64,000 nt of DNA from Spizellomyces punctatus DAOM BR117 (lineage: Eukaryota), in NCBI GenBank assembly GCA_000182565.2, contig KQ257452.1. The stretch is one strand, 5' to 3'. The first letter of the stretch is position 1. Each line of letters begins with the position of its first letter. The position numbers were made by a program, and so were the translations under genes. Shown one piece after another: positions 45,102 through 56,393 of this stretch. The notes beneath the pieces are model-generated. The model did not search any database, was not told the DNA's origin, and saw nothing but the letters and a program-made list of their open reading frames with translations.

Positions 45102-46788
45102 ATGGAAGCCCCAATCTCCAGGACATGGTCATCAGAGGTTAATCCCATTATTTCTCTTACAGCAGCAAGAGGAGGTGGTGTTAGTCGTGCCAACGACAGT
45201 GCAGAGCTTGGCGATACCGAAGACGATGAAGTCACCCGTTGCGTGTGCGGGCGTACAGGTCAGTTTCCGCAAAGTAATTCGGAGAGAGGATCTGGCAAGG
45301 ACCATTGTTCGCTAACCATTCTGCGCTCCTCAATGGTCACAGAGTCTTTTGGTGTTATGGTTCAATGTGAGGACTGCTTCGTATGGCAGCACTGCGAATG
45401 CATGAACGTAAATCCCAGAAAATTGCCTAAACACTACTACTGTGAACGATGTCAACCAGGGCACCACCAGCATTCCACGTATGTTCCGTGTGAAATTCAT
45501 GTGGCCGAATTATGTCTCCTTACCACTCTGTTTATGCATAGCACAAGACCTACTTCACACAGAACTTCTAGGGATCGACCGGGAAGTGGCAATGGCTCCG
45601 CTGTAGGCGGCAAGCCAACTCCTAAAAAACGCAATACCATGAATAGCTTGGAGGCCGCACAACCTTATACCGAACTACTCATGTTCAAACCCGGTGACGA
45701 ACCTAATCCTGATGACTCCTCTGGAGAAGTGGGCAGCCATGAAAATGACGTCGGTAATGATGCAGTACGGCGACGATCCTCTCACGATGTAGCCAGTGTG
45801 GAGGTCGTGAAGGAATTGTTTTCCGGTGTGTTCAGTTTCGCGTCTCTCCTGCCCTGGACTCACACTCAAACATTTATATCATATGACAGAGAGTACACCG
45901 CTAGGGGACATTGCATTCATCGAAAGAAGAACGATTGAGGTCGAACAAGTTGGTGTAGATCCAGCGGGCATAGATCAAACGCAAGTAAATCTCAAGCGAA
46001 AGCGTGAACAAGTGTCTCATCCCATCCCACATACCCCTGATGAAGAAAAGGACACAAATATCAGGGTAGATGTGGGTGAAATATGCGCCGAATCAAACAA
46101 ATCGACCACTGAGCTGCGAAGCCCGCTCACCAATGGTCGCAACAGCTCTGCTGAAGAGGGATCGGAGCTCGACGCAAAGACCAAGAGAACAAAGGGCGAG
46201 AATGGACGCCGGAATGCCAGCCAGCCTAACACCCGAAATGGCAAGGTGCCCCGACCACAACGCATGCTCCACCGAAATTCAGCGAACAGAGAGGCGCAAC
46301 ATCATTCGCAACCTACACCGGCTTCTTCTGGGCATGCAGCCGAACTGGATGCAGGATTTTCAGTGAAGGTACGAATCCCTCATGCTAAGGCGACGCTGGG
46401 GGAGATGAACAAGCGCGTAAAGCAACTATCGGATTACATCACCCGCCTTCAAGTCTCTATGGCGACGGAACCAAAGTTGGAGCTCTCAGATAGCAGTCCG
46501 GAACTGGCTAATCATCCAGATGCGAAACCTCGGACTCCCCCTGCGCACATAACGTCTCCTGCCGTGGATTTTGCACCTGGACTCGTAAGATCGCCGGAAG
46601 AGGTATCATCTGGCAGCCTACCCAACGGTTCACACACGTCCAACAACGGTTCAGAAAACGTAAAGGACCCGCTGTTGCGAGAGAATGAACTGCCCACAAA
46701 GGAGGAAACAAGTTTGGAGATGCTGGATCGTCTCAATCGTGCTTTAATCAAATTTCAAGAGCGATTTGGTTCTCAAACGAGACGATGA
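45102..46788 (+). CDS. PHD-finger protein, Cti6-like (Rpd3L HDAC-associated)
   Basis: VTRCVCG..MVQCEDCFVWQHCECM..YYCERC; KKRNTMNS; TLGEMNKRVKQLSDYITRLQ; SLEMLDRLNRALIKFQERFG-end. Confidence 0.8.
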
Positions 46789-47165
46789 GCCATTTCGCTA
46801 TGGTTGGATCGGTCGTGGTAGGAAGTCTTTTTCCCTAGCTGGACTGGATGGTTCCTCAGTGCAGTCTGTTCTTATGAGTATCTTGGATTACGACGTATTT
46901 GTGACTTTTGTAAACTTTGATGTGCCCTTTGGCTTCTGTAAATACACTGCTCATGTTGTTCTAGAACAAATCTTTACTAGATTTTCCTTTTTTCAGACCA
47001 GAAGTGTTACTATCTGCCAAAACCTGTCAATTCAGACCCGGAAGAGGCTTAGCTTCTTGTACGTAATCTCCTCCATGGCAACAAAATCACAGTTCCGATT
47101 TCTCCAAAAGCAAGCAGCAAACTTCCCTCACCTTAAGTTCTTTACAAGTTTCAACACATTCCGAC

Positions 47166-47516
47166 ATGCTTGCACCAATTGTCCGCCGAACGGCTGCAAC
47201 AGCCTCCCGAACAGCTACTCCCCTCCTCCGACTTGCGCCCACCGTCCGCCCCACTCTCACATCAATCCCTTCAGCGATCCCGTCCGCCAGTTTTGCAGCA
47301 GCGTCCGTCCCTTCAAGCACCCCAGCAGGGACAGGATCCGGTTTGGTCGCAACCACACAAACCGTAAGTGATCATAAATGATCAGATCTTGTGTACCAAT
47401 GCAGTCCTCACTCTGATGCTCTTACACAGAAAACCGGATCAACACATTCGGTAGGAGCTTTTCGCGCACGGGGAATGCACACTTTCACTTCCTGGCTTGT
47501 AGAAGACGATACGTAA
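47166..47516 (+). CDS. 94-aa presequence-like microprotein ending WLVEDDT-stop (alternative spliced stop at 47854-47856)
   Basis: Exon 47166-47363, canonical 66-nt intron (gtaagt...ctgat...cag), exon 47430-47516; R/S/T/A-rich with no acidic residue until the terminal EDD. Confidence 0.7.
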
Positions 47517-48006
47517 GTGACTGGACAAAATAATGGGGGCACCTCGGTGTTCAAGTACGGTGCACAAAGTGCTTGTAATGACGTGAACAATCCCGTACCG
47601 CGGCCCCCTGGTGTCGTTTCTTCTTTTTTTTATGTATTGCTTTTTCAAGCGCCTAAAGATGCCTCCCTCCCCCTCCTCCATTTCACTTACACTCCGTGCC
47701 ATCCACATAAAAAACGGTTCGTGTTGTATTTTCCCTTTTTTTGTGGTACGGCTCCGTAGAAGGTGGGTGCGGGGGTAATATCCTTGCCACCTTCTCAAGT
47801 CTTTTTTGCATCTCAAGTTTTTTTCTTAACCATTTGTTGTGTTTGGGCTCAGATAAGCTGATTCCGGTTCCCATCAAGGTTGTGATTGGGTTTGGCGCGG
47901 GTGGTCTTTTAGAAAGTGAGAAGACGCACGGACGTTCCGAGGTTTTCAGGTTTCTGAGCATAATATATATTGTCTACTGTGTCCATCATAAACCCTGTAC
48001 AGTATT

Positions 48007-49892
48007 CTAGTTGACTGTAATGGCAGATCCGACGCTTTTGCGAAAAGCGGTTGCGAGCGCCTGAAATCTATCCAATTCCTTCCTTTGTATATCTGCACCA
48101 TCATCAATCTCGCCAATCAAGGTGCTCTCCGAATTGTCACTCGCTGGTTCTACACTATGCGCGACTTTCTCCGCCTGTTCGTCCATGGCGTACGCAAAAA
48201 TGCGCTCTTCTACTGAATACGGATCGATGGTGAAGTTTGCTACTAATATAAACAGAGACTGTTCCAGTCGAATCGATAGGGACCCCATCCACAGCTTCCA
48301 CCTGATCGACAGTCTTTGTGGACGCGATGGCTGATGCATATGAGCAAAACCAGGATAACTGAACGGCGATATCACCTTTTTTGTCTTTGGACATTCTCTA
48401 GGTTCGGCCGACATTGGCTGTCTCCCTTCACGATTGCCCTCTTTGGAAAGTAGCATTCCCAAAAACCTCTCCAGATCACCCTTTGTACACGTCCAATCAC
48501 CTCGAACAAAACTGTGTCCCAGCCCTCGACCAACGTCGTCTCCTTCCAATACAAGTGTCGTGTAGAATGCAGGTGATGTCACATGAACTTTGATCGGAGG
48601 AGACCCGGCACCACCGTGCAAAGTCGTATATGAAGGCCTGCCCTGCTCATATACAATTAGACTGGTGGAATGTCCCTCTGCCTGGATGTGGAAATGATCA
48701 AAGACTGTCCGTCGACAAAACCTAACAGAAATGGTAAGACAACAAATCTAGTATAATGGATCAAGTATGGGCCACTCACGTTTGGAAATTGTTCAATCGC
48801 TTCCATACCATGCCTCGTCCGTCTTTAGGTACCCTCATGGGACTCGGTCTTTGATAGATTTTCATTCGTTTTCGGTACGCAAGGATCCACGCTTGCCGGA
48901 GAATCCTTGGGAAGGTCAAGAATGCGGTCACAGGGTATGTGACAAGAAGATAGGCACATGTACGTGCGTCGAGAGCGTATGCATCACCCCATACTCGTGC
49001 TGTAAACCATAATGGCTTGGAAAGTCCTGCCAAAGATGCATCCGTGTAATTTTTGATGTTGAGTAGGACGTCGAGTGTCTTGTCTGGGTGCTTGAAATGG
49101 GCTTCATAATTGCCACTACGGTTATTAAAAGGAGAGACATGAAAGGATCGATCTATCGAGTGACTATAATCATATCTGCCAATGGACAGAGAATATGAGC
49201 ACATTTGATAATTAGAGGTTACGGCACCTCTTCCTTACCCAGGGGCACTCTTCACACGGTTCTTTTCACAGCAAACGTACACATGGCGTTCACCAAACGT
49301 ATTGTTCACCTCCAAGATGACTGCGTGGACATTTGACGGGGTGGTGGAGGAATAACAAAAGTAAACGCTAAGGGGATTAAATGCATAGCCCAACACACGC
49401 GGTGTTGTTACTAGTTCGATAGACCCGATATCCGAGGTTGAGATTCCCTATCAAAGGAGTTACTAAAATACTCATAAACATACTTGAGCCTTTTCTTTGA
49501 CTCACCATACTTGCCAATAACTCAAGCACACGCTGTTTCAAACCTAACCCAAACCCTTGCTTCCTGCCATCCCCACCGCCTAGATAGTCGCCTTCTCGCA
49601 CCGCAAAAAGCCCTCTCTCCCACCCAGCTAACCACCAGGGTACATTGAAATCCTCACCCAATTTGACTCGAAAGTAGAAAAGTGGGTACTTGAATGCATG
49701 CCGAACGGGATGGTATCGGACGTGATGGGTTTGTACAATGTGGATCTTGTGTTGTATGCTGGTGATAGTGTTTCTGCACAGTGGCGTTAGACGTATGTAT
49801 TGGACAGAAGCACCAATGAGAGCAAGAAGAAGAAGAATGAGCAACGAGATCTCTAGTGAGAATGACATTGTCATTGGGGGAGGATTCTTCAT
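48007..49892 (-). CDS. DUF1365-family protein with N-terminal TM segment
   Basis: HVRYHPVRHAFKYPLFYF; TTPRVLGYAFNPLSVYFCY; ILEVNNTFGERHVY; RSFHVSPFN; TFPRILRQAWIL. Confidence 0.88.
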
Positions 49893-50044
49893 GGTCCTGG
49901 GTCCTAAATAAGGACTTATATTAGTGTAGAGGTGACAGAAACTGGCACTAGCTACTACACCAGGGAATAAACCGGCGACAACCGGTTCGGAAAAGCTATC
50001 TAACCACTACTAGGCAATTATACACGCAATACGTAACGGTTGTT

Positions 50045-50395
50045 CTAACCGGATAACTGCCCACCACCACACATGGTCCCTACTAAGCCTTGATCCAGAA
50101 CTCTTGATGGCATTGAAGCCAGACTCTTGCATCCAGGAGCGAATCGACTGGGCAGCGTCACAAGCTGGTGGATTTTCAGTGACAAGGCTTGGAGACTAAA
50201 AAAAACTGCATGTCAGCGAGGTGACCCGATGACAAGAAATGCAAGAAATGCCATCGATACATACCAACCAAGCTCAACTAATGTGGCAGTATAATAGTAG
50301 GTTTTGTTATCGGATCCGATTGGTTGCTGCTGGTTCTGATCACGGTTGCTGTCGGGCGGTCGAGGTCCTCGACACCACCACATCGGCGTTCTCAT
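50045..50395 (-). CDS. Putative small 2-exon ORF (~93 aa), or a uORF in a spliced leader of the DUF1365 gene
   Basis: TATAAAA at 50496-50502 (-); ATG at 50395; clean intron 50264-50196 (gtatgt...gctgac...tttttttag) keeps the frame open to TAG. Confidence 0.4.
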
Positions 50396-50495
50396 GGTTG
50401 ACCGAGTCGCGATGAGGTTGTGTGGGTCGCAATGAGCGTTGCGCAGATGCTTCGAGTCGAGGATGGGTAAAGAGGAAAGAGGGAAAAGGCCCCCC

Positions 50496-50502
50496 TTTTA
50501 TA
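50496..50502 (-). promoter_or_regulatory. TATA box
   Basis: TATAAAA about 100 bp upstream of ATG 50395, followed by a pyrimidine-rich tract. Confidence 0.5.
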
Positions 50503-51127
50503 GACCTTTGGCATGCGCCTCACCGCAGTTTAAAAAAAAAAAACATTACAATACATGCCACACCAATCTGAGCGATAGAGGGGGGTTCTGATTATGCGAT
50601 ATGATTAACCGGATTAATCCGGATAATAATGGGTCCTAGTGCCATTTTCAATCGCCTCAACACTATGTTACACGATCTGCATAAGCAGGAATTATCTGTT
50701 AAATGTGATTTATGTTTGGGGCTTTTCCACACCGCAACACATACATTATTCGTGCATGAAGTAACGAATTCTCCCTTGATGATGCGTTGATTGTGCATAA
50801 AATTTCAAAGGTCAAAATAAAGGGTTTTGTTGGGTAAGTCTGACTCTCTCGCAAGTTACTAGTAAAGTAGACCTGGAAAGGCATCAAATGTACAGCTTGT
50901 GTATTCGAATATTAAGAAATAAAAAAGTAGAATACAGACATGAGAAACTAGCAATATGATGTAAATCCACCCCTCCTAGAATGCCATCTCTAGATATTGA
51001 ATTGGACGTGTCCAGCACGCCGATCATGCATAAAACAGATGGCCCCATCCATGAATATTGGTCGTTTAAATAGTCTAAGGCACGCACCACCCCCCTCCCT
51101 GCACCCATCACGCAGCACGAAAAGTCA

Positions 51128-52549
51128 TCAAACCCGGATTTCTTCGTGGACGACTGCGTCGTCTGCATGCTTTCTGAACATGGAAGCCAGGCTTTGACTC
51201 CTTGGCATTCGTACGGAGGGAACCAATGTCAATAGTCGCGTTAAGCTCCTACTCCGACTGCGTGGCCGGGTGTCAGGATGCGCACTGTGCGGACGGCTGG
51301 AAGAACGACCGCGACCGTCATCCTCTGGCGCGTCACCGCTGTTGGAAAGTTTTGTAAATAGCCGGGGGAGAGTTCCAGATCGGCGGGGACGGTCGCCTCT
51401 GTCTCTTTCTGGACTCGGAGGCCGAGGGGAGAGTACTTCGTCCATGGCTGCTGGTGCCTTTTCCCGAGAGTCAGCACCTGATCCGCCTCGAAGGAACGAG
51501 CTTATTTTTCGACTGAGAGAGTTGACTGGCCCATCGTCCGCAACATCATTTTTGGGTGGAATCGGTGGAGGGTATGCAACGGGGGCATGCTTGATTCCAG
51601 AGTCTGGTGCTTCCGCAAAACGGACTCCAGTACGCTTACGACCGACGAGAGAAGGTCGTTTGCTCAACTTCAATCCGCCAGTAGCTGGCACTGTCTCTTG
51701 CAGTTGGACAGTATCCTGGGGAGCTGAAGTTACATTTTCTGTTTCCTGCTCACTGTCATTTGCGTGTTCCCCTTTCAAGGAAGGAGGTACTCCTGCACTC
51801 ATGATGGAATCCACGGTGTGGCTTCTTACAGGAAAGCCAAATTTGCGAGAGCGGAAATTGTCGCCATGTCCTTTGGACTGCGAAAGGGAGCGGCTGAGAG
51901 TTGAGGTCCTACTGACTACTGGTGTGGTTGAGTTGCGTAGAGCAAAAGAGTCACGTAGAGCCGCAATCCATCTGCAATGGCACATGTTAGCAGCTGATCT
52001 TTGGTGCTTGCAGCGTAAAGGTTTCAAATCTTACATTGTGTAGTCAGTTGATGTGGAAGCAAGGAAACGATATTCCTTCTGGGATGTTGTCAACGATAAG
52101 TTGCATGCAGCACCGCATTCCCTTTCATCCAACACCTCCTCAACAGTTGAAAAATGAATGTAGGTTCGCGCTCCAGTACCGAGGATCATTAAAGGAGAGT
52201 CTACAATTTGGAGAAATAAATATCTTTTGACAATATACACAAGCTTTAAACCTCGTCCTTTTTGTTTACCTGCAACCGACGCAGCAGCCAAATGTCCTAG
52301 GGCATCCATATTATCCTTTTCTTTCGACTCCTCCTTGGAGTCTGTTCCCGTTTCAATCACATCTTGGTTCTTGCCGTTAGACTGCTCGGCTTGCTTTTTC
52401 AACAGATCCGCGACAGTGCTGATATCCTCTGTGCTAATGGGACGGCAAATGACGACATTCCTGCGAGTCTTGCCACCCAACCGTTTCTGTACAAGAGTGC
52501 CGTGGTAGAGAGGACGTCCCGAAGGCAGCGTAGCAATGTGAACGACCAT
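51128..52549 (-). CDS. PH-like domain protein with disordered Ser/Arg-rich tail (3 exons)
   Basis: LYHGTLVQKRLGGKTRRNVVI...LSLTTSQKEYRFLASTSTDYT|RWIAALRDSF (PH C-terminal helix). Confidence 0.65.
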
Positions 52550-53136
52550 TTCCGAAAGTATTCCCTAATGGCTTGTTCTGGGAATCCTCCGTCCTAGATT
52601 GCAAGCTTGCCAATGGCCCTTCTTTTGCCGTGGGAACTTTTGGAGGACAAGTTGGCCGTTTGTCCTTTTTGAACCGCACAAAAGTCGCCCCCTTTTTACA
52701 GCGCCCTTTAAAGAAGGCAAAAAATCCTGGCACGTTTTCCATGACTATAAACATACAATTTTTTGCATCCGCGCGCTTTTACAACAACACAAATTTGCAT
52801 GCAAAAAGTTTTGTGGGAAATTCTCCTTTAAAGTAAATAATTCATAAAAGCAAAACGAATGTCTTTTGGATTTTAAACTCAGAAGACGAGAAGGCGTTTG
52901 CAAAGCGTGGGGCTGTTGACTGGCTTGACTGGCAATGAAGGAGGTTTATAACGAGGACTGTCTGCACGTTGACAGCAAAAGTAACATATTTTGGCAGCAA
53001 AAACGGTCTCCGCCGTAAGTATCTCTACCTTCCTACACGTACGTATCTACAATTGTTTATGCAATCACAAAGGAAACGGGTTGTCATCGTTCGCAATGAT
53101 GAGGTGGTAGGTTGCCATCTTTGAAGACATAGGACC

Positions 53137-53931
53137 TCAGTAGATTTGGACACTGTCAAATACATGCGTACCATCAGGTTCCATTCGCCCCGTTGAGATG
53201 ATTTTACTCTGAACAAATCGTTGAAAGTCTCGAAACTCTGTCGTAAACGTTGCCTGTTCCGTTTGGGCAGATCTCCCCAGTTCGTTAAAGAGAGCACCTC
53301 TCTGCTCAAAGGCATGTGCAAATGCAGTATGACAAAACTTGTCCGCAAATTGGATATCAAACTGCGAAGCTAGCCATGCATATCGCAGCACTTCAGCCGG
53401 AACCATTGTCGAATGCGGATACAAGGGCGATGTGCAAAATATGCCGAACCATCGCCCAAGTTCCGCAAAGGATGTGGGGCCCCCTATTTGACTCCCCATC
53501 GTCAAAATCTGCAGTCGCAGAAACCACGGCATGGCATCTTTCCACACCCACACCATCGAGGCTTGAATATCATCGAAATCCTCAGAGCGAGCATCACTTT
53601 GTTGCTCAACGTTTGGGGCCTCCTCAAGGTTCTCCAGCAAGAATGTTGACAGCTCGGTGGCGGGCAGGGGAATGCAGAGGATTGCAGCAATCTTGAAGTA
53701 TGAAAGTGTGGCTGAAGCGTGCGTCTGGAACCATTTTTTACGGAATGCTGGTGTCCACAGGGCAGCCCGCGTCGAGCGAGAAACTCGAGAAAGACTAAGA
53801 AAATCTGGCAATTCTTCACAGTGCAAGGTCACCGCATGAATGAGCTCCGTAGGCAAGTTATCCAGTAGCTGGAAAGGTCCAGGGATCTGAAGGGTGGGAA
53901 CTTCCTCCATTGATTCCAGTCTCGCAAACAT
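53137..53931 (-). CDS. F-box-like protein, intronless
   Basis: LLDNLPTELIHAVTLHC..LPDFLSLSRVSR near the N-terminus of a 264-aa ORF. Confidence 0.6.
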   Translation of the reverse strand: MFARLESMEEVPTLQIPGPFQLLDNLPTELIHAVTLHCEELPDFLSLSRVSRSTRAALWTPAFRKKWFQTHASATLSYFKIAAILCIPLPATELSTFLLENLEEAPNVEQQSDARSEDFDDIQASMVWVWKDAMPWFLRLQILTMGSQIGGPTSFAELGRWFGIFCTSPLYPHSTMVPAEVLRYAWLASQFDIQFADKFCHTAFAHAFEQRGALFNELGRSAQTEQATFTTEFRDFQRFVQSKIISTGRMEPDGTHVFDSVQIY

Positions 53932-54122
53932 CTTGCCGCTCCCACCTCATCAATGTCATTCACGTGATCCGATTATTACGTAAGCTGTCCGATAGCACTA
54001 GTACCCAGCTGGCATAGATCACCTTTTCAAGTGATCATGTACCAGAGATCTAGCATTTAGTTTTCGTCATATCTTCGGCTGGCTAACTCAGTGAAGAGAA
54101 GCCAGAGGCATTACGCCAGCAA

Positions 54123-55508
54123 ATGGCAAAGCAGCATCAAGTCGACCTCTCACCCGACGGCGCTGTGCGTGTGTTCGTCCGTTGGCGGCCACTCACCAAG
54201 ATCGAGATCAGCCAGAATAGCGCAGCGGTCTCATACGAAGTCAAGGAGGAGGACGAAGCCAGTTATGTGGTGGATGTGACTGGCAAGGTGAACAACCGAT
54301 TGCGAAAGTGGAGCGGCGGGGGCTTCGCCGGAGTGCTCAGGGACAAGGACGACAACGCGTCCACGTTCGCAGCTACCGTCGAGCCCATTCTTTTGCGTGT
54401 TATGGAGGGTGGTACGGGGAGTTGTTTCTGCTACGGCCATACAGGCTCTGGAAAGACGCATACAGTCTTAGGATATGGCGAGGAGTTTGGTCTGTACTAC
54501 AGAGCCGCCACCAGGGTGGCCGAAATGCTCAAGGCTATCAATCACAAGGAAGGGACCGACTTGGCCATTAACGTACGCTTTTCGGAGCTCTACAACGGGA
54601 AAGTTTATGATCTCTTGAAACAACGAGCTGAATGTCACGTAAGGCAGGATGCTGATGGGAAGGTACACATTCGTTCGCAAACGGAAAAGTTTGCGGACGG
54701 ACGTGTCCGCGTTCGACCGCTTCATGCTGTTACCTGCAGAGATGCTGAAGAGGTTGCCAAGGCCGTCGTCATGGGCACCGGTCTGCGCACCGCTGGGGTC
54801 TCCACGCTCCACGACCAAAGCTCTCGTTCGCATGCCATTATCGAGATGGAAATTGTAACCAAAGAAGTCATGGAAGCGCGTGAGGCTGTGCTTCAAGCCG
54901 AATCAGAGTTAGTGCCCGTAGGAAAGCGGTGTACAGACATAAAGATTGAGGAACAATCCAAAATGTACGTAAATGTGGACGGCGAATGGAAAATCACAGG
55001 AGTGCAAATTGACCAGGCGCGGATCGATGCGGCAGAGGCGGAATTGAAGGTATTTGAGGAGCGTGTTAAGGCTGCGGAGGAACGCGCGGAAAGAGCTAGT
55101 AGAAATGGCGGTCATCCGTGTGTTGGGGGTACGCTCGTGTTTGTGGACCTCGCCGGTGCTGAGCACGGTGCAGACGAGGGAAAAATGCCGGGGAGGAGTC
55201 AAACTGCCCAAGAGCGTCGCGAGGGAAGGCAGATCAATACTGAGCTCCTTGCATTGAAGGAAGTAATTCGTGCTCGGGCGCAATCCCTATGCAATGGAGC
55301 ACAGGGACAACGCATACCCTTTCGGACTTGTTCCCTGACAATGGTCTTGCGACGCTACTTGATAGCAAACGACTGTGCCTGTGTCATGATCGCAAATACA
55401 TCTCCATCTGTCGAACACACGGTAAAAACAATAAATACGCTACAGTATGCGGCGCTGGTGACTGCGAGTAGCAGTAAAGCGAAGAAGAATAACGTTACCT
55501 CAGGGTGA
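54123..55508 (+). CDS. Divergent kinesin motor-domain protein, intronless
   Basis: VRVFVRWRP; P-loop YGHTGSGKTHT; ELYNGKVYDLL; switch I SSRSHA; switch II VDLAGAE; INTELLALKEVI; IPFRTCSLT; TINTLQYA. Confidence 0.93.
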   Translation: MAKQHQVDLSPDGAVRVFVRWRPLTKIEISQNSAAVSYEVKEEDEASYVVDVTGKVNNRLRKWSGGGFAGVLRDKDDNASTFAATVEPILLRVMEGGTGSCFCYGHTGSGKTHTVLGYGEEFGLYYRAATRVAEMLKAINHKEGTDLAINVRFSELYNGKVYDLLKQRAECHVRQDADGKVHIRSQTEKFADGRVRVRPLHAVTCRDAEEVAKAVVMGTGLRTAGVSTLHDQSSRSHAIIEMEIVTKEVMEAREAVLQAESELVPVGKRCTDIKIEEQSKMYVNVDGEWKITGVQIDQARIDAAEAELKVFEERVKAAEERAERASRNGGHPCVGGTLVFVDLAGAEHGADEGKMPGRSQTAQERREGRQINTELLALKEVIRARAQSLCNGAQGQRIPFRTCSLTMVLRRYLIANDCACVMIANTSPSVEHTVKTINTLQYAALVTASSSKAKKNNVTSG

Positions 55509-56393
55509 CGAGGTGATACCAATGATGACCTTAATTACACTGACAACCAGGACAAAGACCGCCTTGTTGGTATGAACTCATTCAAATGTGAATATGCCGA
55601 GGATACGACCCGTAGAGTAGAAACTGACAGGAGGGCAAGGGATCAGTATAGCAGTTATCACGATAGACATAAAGTTCAATAGTAGAAGAAGATGAAACAT
55701 GACGGCGCTTAGAGTGACTGCAGATCAGCAAGCCAACTAGATGAACATCACTGAAACTACTCAAAACACACATGTAAAGTAATATTTACCTACTGTGGAT
55801 TTTTGTCTATTCCTACTTGTATAGTTTGAGTTGGCATGTCAGATCATGACCTCGTTTCACGGCGACACAACTTGCTTTGTTTTCTGGTTATTGCATTCCA
55901 ATTATCGCCAGACAGCTTTTAATCAATTCAGTATCCATCGCTAATAGGGCATTCGGGGTCATGCCTTCAGGAGTGTGGGATTGGAGGAGTATCATGGTGG
56001 GTGCCAGTTTCAAGTAGGGTGCCCAACATGACATAAATGAGGCACTTCTGAAAGGAATTACGTTCATTTCTTGCTGTTCTGCCTGTATGACGATGCATTT
56101 ATAACAAAGGGGCAATGTAATTCATGAAGGCAGACCGACCCAATTTGCTCGGCGAACAAGCACACGGTACAAAGCAAATTGCTGGTGTAACTATCTTATT
56201 TTAGCGACGTATGCAACAATGTGTGCAACAATATACGAAACTACATTTGACCCTATGTAGAATAGAAAACTAGGTATGCAATAAAATGTTTTGTCACTGT
56301 AGCAACTCGCTAATCTTCTTGAAACCTGTAGGGACTAATAGCAAAGCTCTTGAAGTTGTGCAGTACATAGAGCGTTGTCGAGAGGCCAAAGTA

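Noticed and set aside
47513-47852. TPP riboswitch
   Set aside because: The conserved UGAGA and CUGAU..UAAU..CAGCG aptamer core is not found.
51270-52043. 257-aa plus-strand ORF
   Set aside because: Antisense to the PH-like gene, which has splice signals and a domain on the minus strand.
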